From: Porphyromonadaceae bacterium UBA7176 | GTDB taxonomy: Bacteria > Bacteroidota > Bacteroidia > Bacteroidales > Muribaculaceae | Assembly (NCBI GenBank): GCA_002491245.1 | Contig: DKVO01000036.1 | Coordinates: forward strand, 40,273-104,272 | DNA length: 64,000 nucleotides | Direction: 5' to 3' | Part shown: positions 40,585 through 49,757 of the stretch, one piece after another | Layout: every line of letters begins with the position of its first letter | Numbering within the stretch: the first letter of the stretch is position 1 | Program-made: the position numbers and the translations under genes | The notes under the pieces: model-generated | The model's input: the letters and a program-made list of their open reading frames with translations, nothing else | What the model was told of the DNA's origin: nothing | Database searches by the model: none

Positions 40585-43221
40585 TCAGAACAGACGCTCC
40601 CTGCGGCTCTCCACAAAGATTCCGGCCAGGACAAGAAGATAAATCAGCGTGACGCAGGCATAGGCTACACTCGACGAAACACGTATCGACGCCGGCTCGA
40701 ATGTCATAGTCACCGTATGGCTTCCGGCAGGCAGTGCTATAGCACGCAGAAGATAGTTAACCCTTGCGATAGGCACTTCCTCGCCATCAACATCAGCTCG
40801 CCAACCCCAGGGGAAATAAACCTCGGAGAACACTCCGACACCACCCTGCGCGGTAGACGCATGATATGTGAGTCGGTTGGGAGTGTAGGACGTCAGATAG
40901 ATAGTATCGCCCGGTGCGAGACTCATCCTTTCCGGCAACATGCCACGGTAGCGGCTGTCAGCCACAGCCTGGTGACTCAGGTCTAAAGTCGACGCATCAA
41001 GAGCGGCCATTTCGGCATCAGCACCGTCGGCCCAGCGCACCTCGTCTACGAGCCATGCATTACCCAACGCATTTTCATTGACCACCAGCGGATTGGCCGG
41101 ATCGGCAGTAATGATATACTTGCCGTTAAGCATATCCACTACACGGTAGCCCGATTTGAGTCGGGCGCCGATTTCCGCCATCTTGGGGTCGTCGAGCAGA
41201 CTGTCGCCGGCATACCATCCGCCTACACCGACCACCGGCGACAGACGGCGCTGGATAAGGTCTTCGTATCGGTTGAGTTTGGCTGCATGATATCCGCCGA
41301 GAGTCTTATGGAAATAAGATCGGTCGGCACGGCTGAAACCGGGTATATCAAGCACGCGGTAGTGCTGGGCCGTATCAGCAAGGATACGACGGTCTATATC
41401 GTCGGGAGTGAACACTATATGTCCGCCCTCACTGTCGGCCGGTCCAAACGAGCTGTGGCTCACATAACGCTTGTCCACATTATAGAGGTCGCCGAGTATC
41501 AGGACACCTACAAAAGCGACTGCATACCCCGGTTTGAGACTACCCTTGACATAGAGTGCCAGAGCCGCCATAGCGAAGAGGATAAACATCAGCGACCGCA
41601 GCGCATCTTCTTTCACCATACCCTTGCGGAGCGCTGTTATAGCATCACGGTTGGCTGGGTTAGATAGCGAATACATGTAGATATACTGCGATATCTGGTC
41701 ATCGCTCGCGCCCTGCTGCTTACCCATATCGTAGAGCTGCTGCTGTATGCGTTCGGTCGTCGAACGGTCATTGCCGGTGATTGTATCACCGAAGACGCCC
41801 GGAAAAAGGAACGCTGCAGCACATATCACAACCGGCACACCGAAACCGACCGACAGACCGGTCCTGTATTCCTTCCACGCATCGCGCCCGGCTGTCATAA
41901 CTCGCTCGAGGGCGAGGATGGCAAGAAGAGGCATCGTAAACTCAGCGATGACAAGTATACTCTCCACCGCCCTGAACTTATTGTAGAGCGGAAAATTATA
42001 TATCATGAAATCGGTTATACCCTCGGCATTACGCCCCAGAGCAAGTATGACCGACACTATGGTTGCTGCCACAAGTCCCCACTTGAGCGGCCCACGCACC
42101 ACAAAACACCCCACAAGGAAGAGAGCGAACACCAACGCGCCCACATACACCGGCCCGTTAGTACCCTCGGAGTCGTTGAAGTACTGGCTCATGTATTCGA
42201 GCAGGGGAGCCGACTCGGCATATCGGGCGGCATCCTCGAGGTCCGAAAGGCTCATTGCCACTATCTGACCACCCTCGGGCCGCGCCGATGCTCCTCCTTT
42301 GATGTTGGGCACAAGCAGGCTGAACATCTCGCTCCGGCCATAGCTCCAACCAACAATCTGATCCTTAGGCATACCTCCCGTCGGACGCTCGCCGACAACA
42401 CCGGGAGTCGCCTCTTCAGGCGTAAGCTCCGACTGCGAGCGCTTCGTTTCCTTGGAGTATTCGTAGGTATTGTAGAGCGACGGTGCATTGGCGCCTACAG
42501 CCAAGACACCTGCAGCAAGTGCAAGACCGCTCACCACCAGCCAATCGCGCAATTTATGCCGGCGCACGGCATCGATGAGATAGCATACTGCGAGTATGCC
42601 CATCACCAGACCGAAATAATAAGTGATCTGGGGGTGGTTGGCGTTGAGCTGGAGCATCGCAAACAATGCCAGCATAGCCGATCCTCCTACATAGCGGCCG
42701 CGGTAAAGCAGCAACAGGCCGGCGATTGTAGGCGGTACATAGGTCAGGGCGAGGAACTTCCAGATATGTCCGGCGCCGATTATTATGATGAAATACGACG
42801 AAAAACCCCACGCGACAGCTCCGATAAGGGCATAGTACCAACGCATCCTCATCGTGAACAGAAGGATAAGGAATCCCATCATCATCATGAACAGCAGGTT
42901 CGACGGCGCCGGTAGGCCGAGACCATAGACCGTATTGAGCCATGCGAACAGACTGTTCGACGGATACGACGGGGAGATCTGGAACGTAGGCATACCACCG
43001 AACAGAGAGTTGGTCCAAAGTGCTTTCTCTCCGGTTTCGGCTTCGTACACTTCACCTTCGTGGCCATTGGCCGCGCCCTGCTGCATATCAGGTTGCCGCA
43101 AGCTGTTACCCTCGAAATTGTCGGGATAGAAAAACGCCACCGATATCACGGCAAGGATCACTGCCGACAGCACAAAGCCCCATACCTGCGGACGCTTGAA
43201 AAATTCTTTAATCTTGGTCAT
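40585..43221 (-). CDS. YfhO-family (GT-C-like) polytopic membrane protein
   Basis: Many TM helices; motifs WTNSLFGGMP, GGYHAAKL and FSEVYFPWGW. Confidence 0.88.
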   Translation of the reverse strand: MTKIKEFFKRPQVWGFVLSAVILAVISVAFFYPDNFEGNSLRQPDMQQGAANGHEGEVYEAETGEKALWTNSLFGGMPTFQISPSYPSNSLFAWLNTVYGLGLPAPSNLLFMMMMGFLILLFTMRMRWYYALIGAVAWGFSSYFIIIIGAGHIWKFLALTYVPPTIAGLLLLYRGRYVGGSAMLALFAMLQLNANHPQITYYFGLVMGILAVCYLIDAVRRHKLRDWLVVSGLALAAGVLAVGANAPSLYNTYEYSKETKRSQSELTPEEATPGVVGERPTGGMPKDQIVGWSYGRSEMFSLLVPNIKGGASARPEGGQIVAMSLSDLEDAARYAESAPLLEYMSQYFNDSEGTNGPVYVGALVFALFLVGCFVVRGPLKWGLVAATIVSVILALGRNAEGITDFMIYNFPLYNKFRAVESILVIAEFTMPLLAILALERVMTAGRDAWKEYRTGLSVGFGVPVVICAAAFLFPGVFGDTITGNDRSTTERIQQQLYDMGKQQGASDDQISQYIYMYSLSNPANRDAITALRKGMVKEDALRSLMFILFAMAALALYVKGSLKPGYAVAFVGVLILGDLYNVDKRYVSHSSFGPADSEGGHIVFTPDDIDRRILADTAQHYRVLDIPGFSRADRSYFHKTLGGYHAAKLNRYEDLIQRRLSPVVGVGGWYAGDSLLDDPKMAEIGARLKSGYRVVDMLNGKYIITADPANPLVVNENALGNAWLVDEVRWADGADAEMAALDASTLDLSHQAVADSRYRGMLPERMSLAPGDTIYLTSYTPNRLTYHASTAQGGVGVFSEVYFPWGWRADVDGEEVPIARVNYLLRAIALPAGSHTVTMTFEPASIRVSSSVAYACVTLIYLLVLAGIFVESRRERLF

Positions 43222-43236
43222 ATTTCATATTTTTAG

Positions 43237-43270
43237 AGGGTGTTTAATAAGGTTTGTTATTAAACACCCT
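43237..43270. other. Intercistronic 14-bp hairpin (mRNA stabiliser or attenuator candidate)
   Basis: agggtgtttaataa / ttattaaacaccct; no U tract in the transcribed (minus) direction. Confidence 0.6.
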
Positions 43271-43275
43271 TTTAC

Positions 43276-44652
43276 TCACTTTCCGGTCACGGTCTCGAAG
43301 ATTGCCTTGGGTATACCTATATTGTTATTGAAACCCTTGAACTTTTCAGCACCGACACCAACGGCAAACACTGGCACAGGATTGCCAGTATGGCTGCCTG
43401 TTATGAAATTGAGACCCACCGCATCGTTATAGATCCCGAACACCTTCACTGCGAAAGCATCAAAACTTGCATAGAGGGTCTTCTCATCTGCCGACGAGTT
43501 ACGGTTCTCGAAAATATCATCAAACATCTTTTTGAGCTCGCCCTCTTGCTTGTCGCTGATCTTGATATGCGTGAAGAAGCCGAGGTTCTCGCTAAGATAA
43601 TCCTTCATATCCTGCCAGGTATACACCATACGGCTATTGCGCATTGCCTTGCAATACTCGCTGAACGCGCCCTTCGACACCTTCATATAGCTGATATTCT
43701 TCATATCACCCTTGCTCACGATAGCCATACCGCCGGTATCATGGTCGGCAGTCACTACGATAAGGGTTTCGTCGGGATGCTTCTGATAGAAATCGAATGC
43801 AACCGCAAGTGCCTTGTCGAAATTGAGCACTTCGACGACTGCCGTGCCGCCGTCGTTGGCATGGAGAGCATGGTCGATATGGCCGCCCTCTATCATCATG
43901 AAGAACTTATCGGGCGATGTCTTCTCAAGATGCTTCAGGCAAGTCTCGGCAACCAAAGGAAGGTCAAGAACACCCTTCACAGAGTCGACTGTGTGGCTGA
44001 AATCATTCCAGTCATACTGACCCTTGGGGTTGAGCAGAAGCACTTTGTCCGAGTTGATTTCTTTTATTCCCTCTGGGCCACGGACGATCTGCACCTTGTT
44101 GTCGGCGAATTTCTGCAGCAGGTCGGTATCCTTGCCGTCTTTCTTGAGACCGCGGAGACCGGCTCCGGCAAAAAAGTTATAACCCGACTCGGCCATCTGC
44201 GAGCCGATCTCATAGAACATGCCTCGGTTGGGCACATGGGCGTAGAACGCGCCTGGCGTTGCATCGTCGGGAGCCACAGATGTTCCGATACCGATACCGT
44301 AGCCCATCGCCTGCAGCTTCTTTGCTATCGAAGTCACAGCCACTGTATCCGGATCCATGCCGAGCATACTGTTCTTGGTCTTGAAGCCGGTCGAGAGAGC
44401 TGTGCCGGCGGCTGCGCTGTCAGTCACTTTCGATGAGGCCGAGTAGGTCATGCTCCAGCCAACCACGGGCATCTGCATCATCGTAAGTGGCTTGTCACTG
44501 TTGAGGACCGTACGGTTATATGTCTCTGCAGCGACAACAGGACCCATGCCCATACCGTCACCGATATAGTAGAATATATATTTCGGATTTTGGGCCGATG
44601 CCGAAAGGGCGGCAACGACAGCCGCTCCAGCGGCAAACATTCGCAGTTTCAT
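43276..44652 (-). CDS. Alkaline phosphatase (PhoA family)
   Basis: Motifs IGDGMG, TDSAAAGTA, EGGHIDH..H.ND and TADHDTGG. Confidence 0.93.
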   Translation of the reverse strand: MKLRMFAAGAAVVAALSASAQNPKYIFYYIGDGMGMGPVVAAETYNRTVLNSDKPLTMMQMPVVGWSMTYSASSKVTDSAAAGTALSTGFKTKNSMLGMDPDTVAVTSIAKKLQAMGYGIGIGTSVAPDDATPGAFYAHVPNRGMFYEIGSQMAESGYNFFAGAGLRGLKKDGKDTDLLQKFADNKVQIVRGPEGIKEINSDKVLLLNPKGQYDWNDFSHTVDSVKGVLDLPLVAETCLKHLEKTSPDKFFMMIEGGHIDHALHANDGGTAVVEVLNFDKALAVAFDFYQKHPDETLIVVTADHDTGGMAIVSKGDMKNISYMKVSKGAFSEYCKAMRNSRMVYTWQDMKDYLSENLGFFTHIKISDKQEGELKKMFDDIFENRNSSADEKTLYASFDAFAVKVFGIYNDAVGLNFITGSHTGNPVPVFAVGVGAEKFKGFNNNIGIPKAIFETVTGK

Positions 44653-44656
44653 GATC

Positions 44657-46183
44657 TTAAATAAGTGGTTTGGGTTTTATTATTTCAAGTATTTGGTCGA
44701 TTATATGCCGGTCATTGGCCAGCCGGGGCACCTTGCGTTGTCCGCCGAGCTTACCTGTCGAGGCAAGCCACTTGTCGAACGTCCCTTGCGGCACCTCCAC
44801 GATTTCAAGACGCCCAAGAAATATGTCAGACGTACGCTTGGCCTGATAGTCAGAGTTGACGGCCTGCAGATGCCTGTCGAGGATGTCCGCGAAGGCTTCT
44901 GCTCCACACTCCGGAGCCTCGGCCCATTCTATCGCCCACTGATGACGGCCCTTGTTGTGCGATGTCGTGTAGACCGGCGCTGCCGTATAGTCGGCAACCC
45001 TGGCACCTGTCTTTTCGCAGGCGGCTGCTATCGCGGCGTCAGCATTCCACACCATCAGCTCCTCGCCGAAGGCATTGATATAGCTGTTCGTTCGGCCGGC
45101 GATGCTTATCCGCAGCGGTTCCACACTCTCTATCCGCACCGTATCGCCGGGCAGATAGCGCCACAATCCGTTGCACGAACTTATCACAAGGCTGTATACT
45201 CGCCCCTGCTCAACCTTCCACGCCGGCAATGTCTCTCCGCTTTCCTGATCATGGAACTCGAAAAACACACCGTGGTCGAGCAACAGGCGCATACCATCTG
45301 TGGCTTCCGCTGTTTCCTGCACTGCGAAGAAGCCCTCCGACGCATTGTAGTTTTCGATATACCTCATTTTTGATGCATCGGTTATCGCCCGATATTGTTC
45401 CCTGTAAGGGCCGAAAGCTATGCCTCCGTGAAAAAACACCTCGAGACCGGGCCACACTTCATGTACCGTCGAGGCGCCAGCCTCAGCCAGAACACCTCGC
45501 AACACAGTGAGAAACCACGACGGAACTCCCGATATGTTTGTCACGTCGGCGCGCGAGGCGGCGTGGACAAGTGCCGGAAGCTTCGCCGACCAGTCACTCA
45601 TCAGGGCAGTCTGCTTGTCGGGCACACGAAACAGGTTGACAAACGGATTTACCGCATCGATAAGGTTTGCCGATAGGTCGCCGACGGTCACGCCAGCCGG
45701 AACAGCGGCAAGCTCATTGGCGAAACTGCCGCCGAGTATGAACGCCTTGCCCGAAAAGATTCGGCTGTCAGGATACAGACCCAGATACGACGCCACCGCT
45801 TCGGCCGCGCCGGCATAGTGGTTGCGGCGGAGCGATGCGGCCGTCACCGGTACATACTTGCTCTTGCCGCCCGAGGTGCCCGACGACTGGGCGAAACGGC
45901 GGCACACGCCGGGCCACAGGATATCGCGCTCGCCGGCCACCATACGCTCAGCCTCGGCCCGTATATCCTCATACTCAGTCAGAGGCACACGGGCGGCGAA
46001 ATCCTCGTAAGTCCTCATGTGACCCATCCCATAGCGCATCCCGTAGCGCGTCGAGGCTCCACGGTGCAGTAGCTCGCCGAGCACACCACGCTGCACAGCC
46101 TCTGCGCCGGACGGATTGCTCCAACGGGCGCGACGGCCGAGTAGATGGCGGAAATATGGTCGTGCGAGGGGGGTAAAGTCCAT
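44657..46183 (-). CDS. GH3 (acyl-acid amido synthetase-like) family protein
   Basis: Motifs SSGTSGGKSK, YNASEGF, GLWRY..GD and GGQRKVPRL. Confidence 0.9.
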   Translation of the reverse strand: MDFTPLARPYFRHLLGRRARWSNPSGAEAVQRGVLGELLHRGASTRYGMRYGMGHMRTYEDFAARVPLTEYEDIRAEAERMVAGERDILWPGVCRRFAQSSGTSGGKSKYVPVTAASLRRNHYAGAAEAVASYLGLYPDSRIFSGKAFILGGSFANELAAVPAGVTVGDLSANLIDAVNPFVNLFRVPDKQTALMSDWSAKLPALVHAASRADVTNISGVPSWFLTVLRGVLAEAGASTVHEVWPGLEVFFHGGIAFGPYREQYRAITDASKMRYIENYNASEGFFAVQETAEATDGMRLLLDHGVFFEFHDQESGETLPAWKVEQGRVYSLVISSCNGLWRYLPGDTVRIESVEPLRISIAGRTNSYINAFGEELMVWNADAAIAAACEKTGARVADYTAAPVYTTSHNKGRHQWAIEWAEAPECGAEAFADILDRHLQAVNSDYQAKRTSDIFLGRLEIVEVPQGTFDKWLASTGKLGGQRKVPRLANDRHIIDQILEIIKPKPLI

Positions 46184-46188
46184 GTCGG

Positions 46189-46395
46189 TCAGTTTTCCAG
46201 CTCCTCAAGCACCTTCGCGAGTTCTTCTTCCGTACGTGTAAGCTTGCTCCGGCAATAGGCCAGCAGAACAGCCGCTCGCCGGGTGCGCGATGCAAGGGTA
46301 TCCACATCGCAATGGTCGCCGCGCAACCCCTCGAGTATTCCCTCGAGTTCCGCAAGTGCATCTGTATACGATATGTTGAGGTCGGGTGTTTCCAT
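46189..46395 (-). CDS. xseB: Exodeoxyribonuclease VII small subunit
   Basis: SYTDALAELEGIL...DVD.L...CRSKL; 68 aa. Confidence 0.88.
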   Translation of the reverse strand: METPDLNISYTDALAELEGILEGLRGDHCDVDTLASRTRRAAVLLAYCRSKLTRTEEELAKVLEELEN

Positions 46396-46501
46396 CTGTT
46401 ATTCCTTTTCTATGCAAAAGTAACAAAATAATGTCACCGGCCCTAAATAAAATATTGCAAATTTTTGCCATTCATTAAAAATGCCCTAATTTTGCGGTAC
46501 T

Positions 46502-47476
46502 ATGGAAGAGTATACAGCTACCGAACGCCCGGCTCCTGTACTTGCCGTCGTAATCCCTTGCTACAACGAAGAGGATGCTCTGCCGGCAAGCATACCGGTT
46601 TTGCTCGATATTATCGACAGGATGACTGCCGACGGCCTTGTCGACCCTCGCAGCTACATACTCTGCGCCGACGATGGCAGCTCCGACTCCACATGGAAAC
46701 TGCTTGTCGACCGCCATGCCGCCGACCCTCGCGTCAAAGCAATCTCGCTCGCCCATAACCGGGGGCACCAGTACGCTCTCCTTGCCGGACTTATGGAGGT
46801 GATGGACCATTGCGATGCCGCCGTAAGTATCGATGCCGACCTGCAGGACGACCCTCTTGCGATTATCGACATGGTGCGCCTCTACCGTGCTGGCAGCGAT
46901 ATTGTCTATGGAGTTCGGTCAAGCCGCAAGACCGACACCATGTTCAAGCGCACAACCGCACACGCATTCTACTCCTTCCAAAAAGTAATGGGGCTCGAGA
47001 CCATCTACGACCATGCAGACTACCGCCTCATGAGCAATTTCGCTCTCGGCCTCCTCGCCCAATACCGCGAGAGCAACATATTCCTCCGCGGCATAGTCCC
47101 TCAAATTGGCCTCCGCTCTTCTGTCGTGAAATACAGCCGTGCCGCACGTGTGGCCGGAGAGTCGAAATATCCCTTGTCGAAAATGCTCGCCCTCTCGATC
47201 GACGGCATCACTTCATTTTCCGCCCGGCCCATGCGATGGATTTTCTTCACCGGACTAATTTCATTCATCCTCACTCTCATCGTAGCCGTCTACGTCCTCA
47301 TTTCCCACTTCTTCACAGCAACAAGCAACCCGGGATGGGCATCCATAATGCTGTCGATATGGGGACTCGGTAGCCTCATCCTCATTTCTATTGGCCTGGT
47401 AGGAGAGTATATAGGCAAAATATTCGTCGAAGTCAAAGGACGGCCGAGATACGCTATAAGACAACGATTACTCTGA
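46502..47476 (+). CDS. GtrB/CsbB-like polyprenol-phosphate glycosyltransferase (GT2)
   Basis: Motifs VIPCYNEE, DDGSSD, DADLQD, two C-terminal TM helices and GEYIGKIF.E.KGRPRY. Confidence 0.92.
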   Translation: MEEYTATERPAPVLAVVIPCYNEEDALPASIPVLLDIIDRMTADGLVDPRSYILCADDGSSDSTWKLLVDRHAADPRVKAISLAHNRGHQYALLAGLMEVMDHCDAAVSIDADLQDDPLAIIDMVRLYRAGSDIVYGVRSSRKTDTMFKRTTAHAFYSFQKVMGLETIYDHADYRLMSNFALGLLAQYRESNIFLRGIVPQIGLRSSVVKYSRAARVAGESKYPLSKMLALSIDGITSFSARPMRWIFFTGLISFILTLIVAVYVLISHFFTATSNPGWASIMLSIWGLGSLILISIGLVGEYIGKIFVEVKGRPRYAIRQRLL

Positions 47477-47534
47477 TCGACCACAACAATATCCTCCCTG
47501 CAGATGTTATTATTGTCATATCAAAGACATCTGC

Positions 47535-48515
47535 ATGCTACGTTGCATAAACAAAATCATTACCATACTCCTCTCTGGAGTATCTCTGTCGGCAACCGGC
47601 GGATGCTCGATGATATACGACTACGACACCTGCCCCGACTCTTTCATCGTCCAGTCTGATTGGAAATATGCACCGCAAGCCTCGCCCGAAAGTATGGCTT
47701 ATCTTTTCTTTCCTGATAAAGGAGAAGGCTGTTGGCGCTACGATTTCCCCGGCCGTCAAGGTGGCGAGGCTCCAATTCCCGACGGGAAATACCATGTATT
47801 GTCCTTCAACGACGACAGTAATGTCACCATCATATCCGACCCTGACTGCGGATACAGAGGCATCAAGGCGTACACATGCTGTAGCAAACTATACGAAAGC
47901 CTTGGCGGTGGACCCGACTCTCTCGGCAACCAACAGGTATCGGCCTGCCCCACCCAGCTGTGGTGCCAGGCGATAGACAGTATGCAGCTCTCCGCCAATG
48001 GTGTATACTGGAGCGCTCCCGGCAGCAAAAAACAGTCATTCTCGCCTCAGAAGATACTCACCGTATATCCTCGACCCACGATGGCATCTTACTCTTACGA
48101 GATTAATGATGTCTCCGGGCTCGACGGCGTGCGCAGAATGTGCGCTGCCATAAGCGGCATGGCTTCCGAGTTATCGCTATGCGACATGACACGGGCCGGA
48201 GCACCTGTCACATTACCGCTCAAGGCAGAAAGGAGTGGTGAAACCGATATTTACGGAGAATTTCTGACCGTCGGCACAATCAACAGTTCCACCGTTCCAA
48301 ACAGACTATTGCTATATGTATGGCTCACCGACGGACGGAAATTCTCTTATTCTTTCGACGTCACCGGGCAGGCTCGCAACGCACCCGACCCCATGAACGT
48401 ACACATAAAAGTCAGCGGCATCGAGCTTCCTCAGTCAACACCATCCGACAGCGACGGTGCTTTCGATGTGAATGTCGACGGATGGGTCGAAATAATAATC
48501 GACATAAATGCATGA
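47535..48515 (+). CDS. DUF5119 / Mfa2-like fimbrial lipoprotein
   Basis: Lipobox GGC, FDVT.Q, and C-terminal FDVNVDGW...I.I. Confidence 0.75.
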   Translation: MLRCINKIITILLSGVSLSATGGCSMIYDYDTCPDSFIVQSDWKYAPQASPESMAYLFFPDKGEGCWRYDFPGRQGGEAPIPDGKYHVLSFNDDSNVTIISDPDCGYRGIKAYTCCSKLYESLGGGPDSLGNQQVSACPTQLWCQAIDSMQLSANGVYWSAPGSKKQSFSPQKILTVYPRPTMASYSYEINDVSGLDGVRRMCAAISGMASELSLCDMTRAGAPVTLPLKAERSGETDIYGEFLTVGTINSSTVPNRLLLYVWLTDGRKFSYSFDVTGQARNAPDPMNVHIKVSGIELPQSTPSDSDGAFDVNVDGWVEIIIDINA

Positions 48516-48545
48516 TTTCGTTTTATAAAATAAATAATTACTGTT

Positions 48546-49595
48546 ATGAAAACCAAATTCAAGACTTTAGGCACATTAGGTATTGTCATGGCGATTGCTG
48601 GAGCTTCTGTTTCTTGTTCCGACGACGATACTACGGTCAATCCCGAACCCGACGGAGCGATATCGTTCGGTGTAACGGTTCCAAAAGCTTCGAGAGCAGA
48701 GACCACAACAACAACCACAATCAACAGTTTCACCGTGTACGCCTTTACAAACGACAAAATGTACATGGACGGAGTCAAAGTTAAACGTAGCGGTTCCAAA
48801 TGGGGATACTCGCCGGTGATATACTGGCCGAGCAGCCCTGTGAACTTCTATGCATACAGCCCCGATATCTCTAACACTCCTTCTATGGGGCCGTCGGTCG
48901 ACGGTGAAATACCCAACTACTCAAACAGCGGACAGGTCGACCTGCTCTACGCTGTAAACATCGGAGAGACTGCAAAGGCAAGCCCCGTGCTGATGAACTT
49001 CCGTCATGCAATGTCTCGCGTCGACGTCCTTCTGAGTTCGTCCAACGAAGCTCTCACCGTAAAAGTTGCCCACGTTTCGCTTAACGAAACCAACATGAGG
49101 GGTACATTCTCGTTCCCTAAGGCAACCACTTCGGCATCTCTGCCTCAGAACGTCGGCTCATGGAGCGATCTTAGCCAGCCCGTCAACATCCTCACATATT
49201 ACTCGATGGAAGAAACCGATTTCGCCACCCTTACATCGACGCCTCAAAATCTCGCCGAAAACAATCTTGATGTAAGCTTCATGATTCCGCAGCCACTCGA
49301 AGAGTTGACTGAGACCGGCACCGGATACACCGGAAATGCTATCCAGGTCGACTGCGAGATTTTCGACTCAAAGACAGGTGCCAAGATTTGGCCTAACGCT
49401 GCCACGCCGACCCATCAGCTCGTCGCCGAGACCGGATGCGGTAAACTCATGTTCCCCGTCACCACCGCCTCTCTGAAAGAATGGAAGATTGGACACGCAT
49501 ACGTCTACAACATCAAAATCGACAATCCCGACGTCCTGCATCCCATCGACTTCGATGTAACAGTCGACCAGTTCAGTCTCGAAGCAACCGAATAA
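48546..49595 (+). CDS. Fimbrillin (type V pilin-like) lipoprotein
   Basis: Lipobox VSC, candidate Arg processing site SRA, YWP..FYAY, F.HAMS and C-terminal I.FDVTV. Confidence 0.82.
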   Translation: MKTKFKTLGTLGIVMAIAGASVSCSDDDTTVNPEPDGAISFGVTVPKASRAETTTTTTINSFTVYAFTNDKMYMDGVKVKRSGSKWGYSPVIYWPSSPVNFYAYSPDISNTPSMGPSVDGEIPNYSNSGQVDLLYAVNIGETAKASPVLMNFRHAMSRVDVLLSSSNEALTVKVAHVSLNETNMRGTFSFPKATTSASLPQNVGSWSDLSQPVNILTYYSMEETDFATLTSTPQNLAENNLDVSFMIPQPLEELTETGTGYTGNAIQVDCEIFDSKTGAKIWPNAATPTHQLVAETGCGKLMFPVTTASLKEWKIGHAYVYNIKIDNPDVLHPIDFDVTVDQFSLEATE

Positions 49596-49613
49596 CATTT
49601 CGGTACACTCTCA

Positions 49614-49740
49614 GGCAAAGTCATATCTACTTAAGTAAGTGGTGGAATAAACTAATTCTCACCACTTACTTATTTAAAATAAGTTAAGATGACTTTGTCT
49701 TTTTAAACCCTCCGCAACCGACGCTGTCTAAAAAGACAAA
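49614..49740. other. Nested and overlapping inverted repeats (structured intergenic element)
   Basis: 13-bp stem 49632-49644/49660-49672, outer stem 49614-49624/49689-49699, and 12-bp IR 49694-49705/49729-49740. Confidence 0.7.
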
Positions 49741-49757
49741 CTAATAAACCCGAGAAA

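Noticed and set aside
48701-48720. Short trinucleotide runs (poly-Thr here; poly-Asn at about 391-405)
   Set aside because: They are imperfect and in frame, so they cannot cause on/off phase variation.
49585-49620. ACCGAA...CTCTCAGG resembling a glycine riboswitch
   Set aside because: It lacks the GGAGA/CCGAAG core and P1 arrangement, and the downstream gene is unrelated to glycine.
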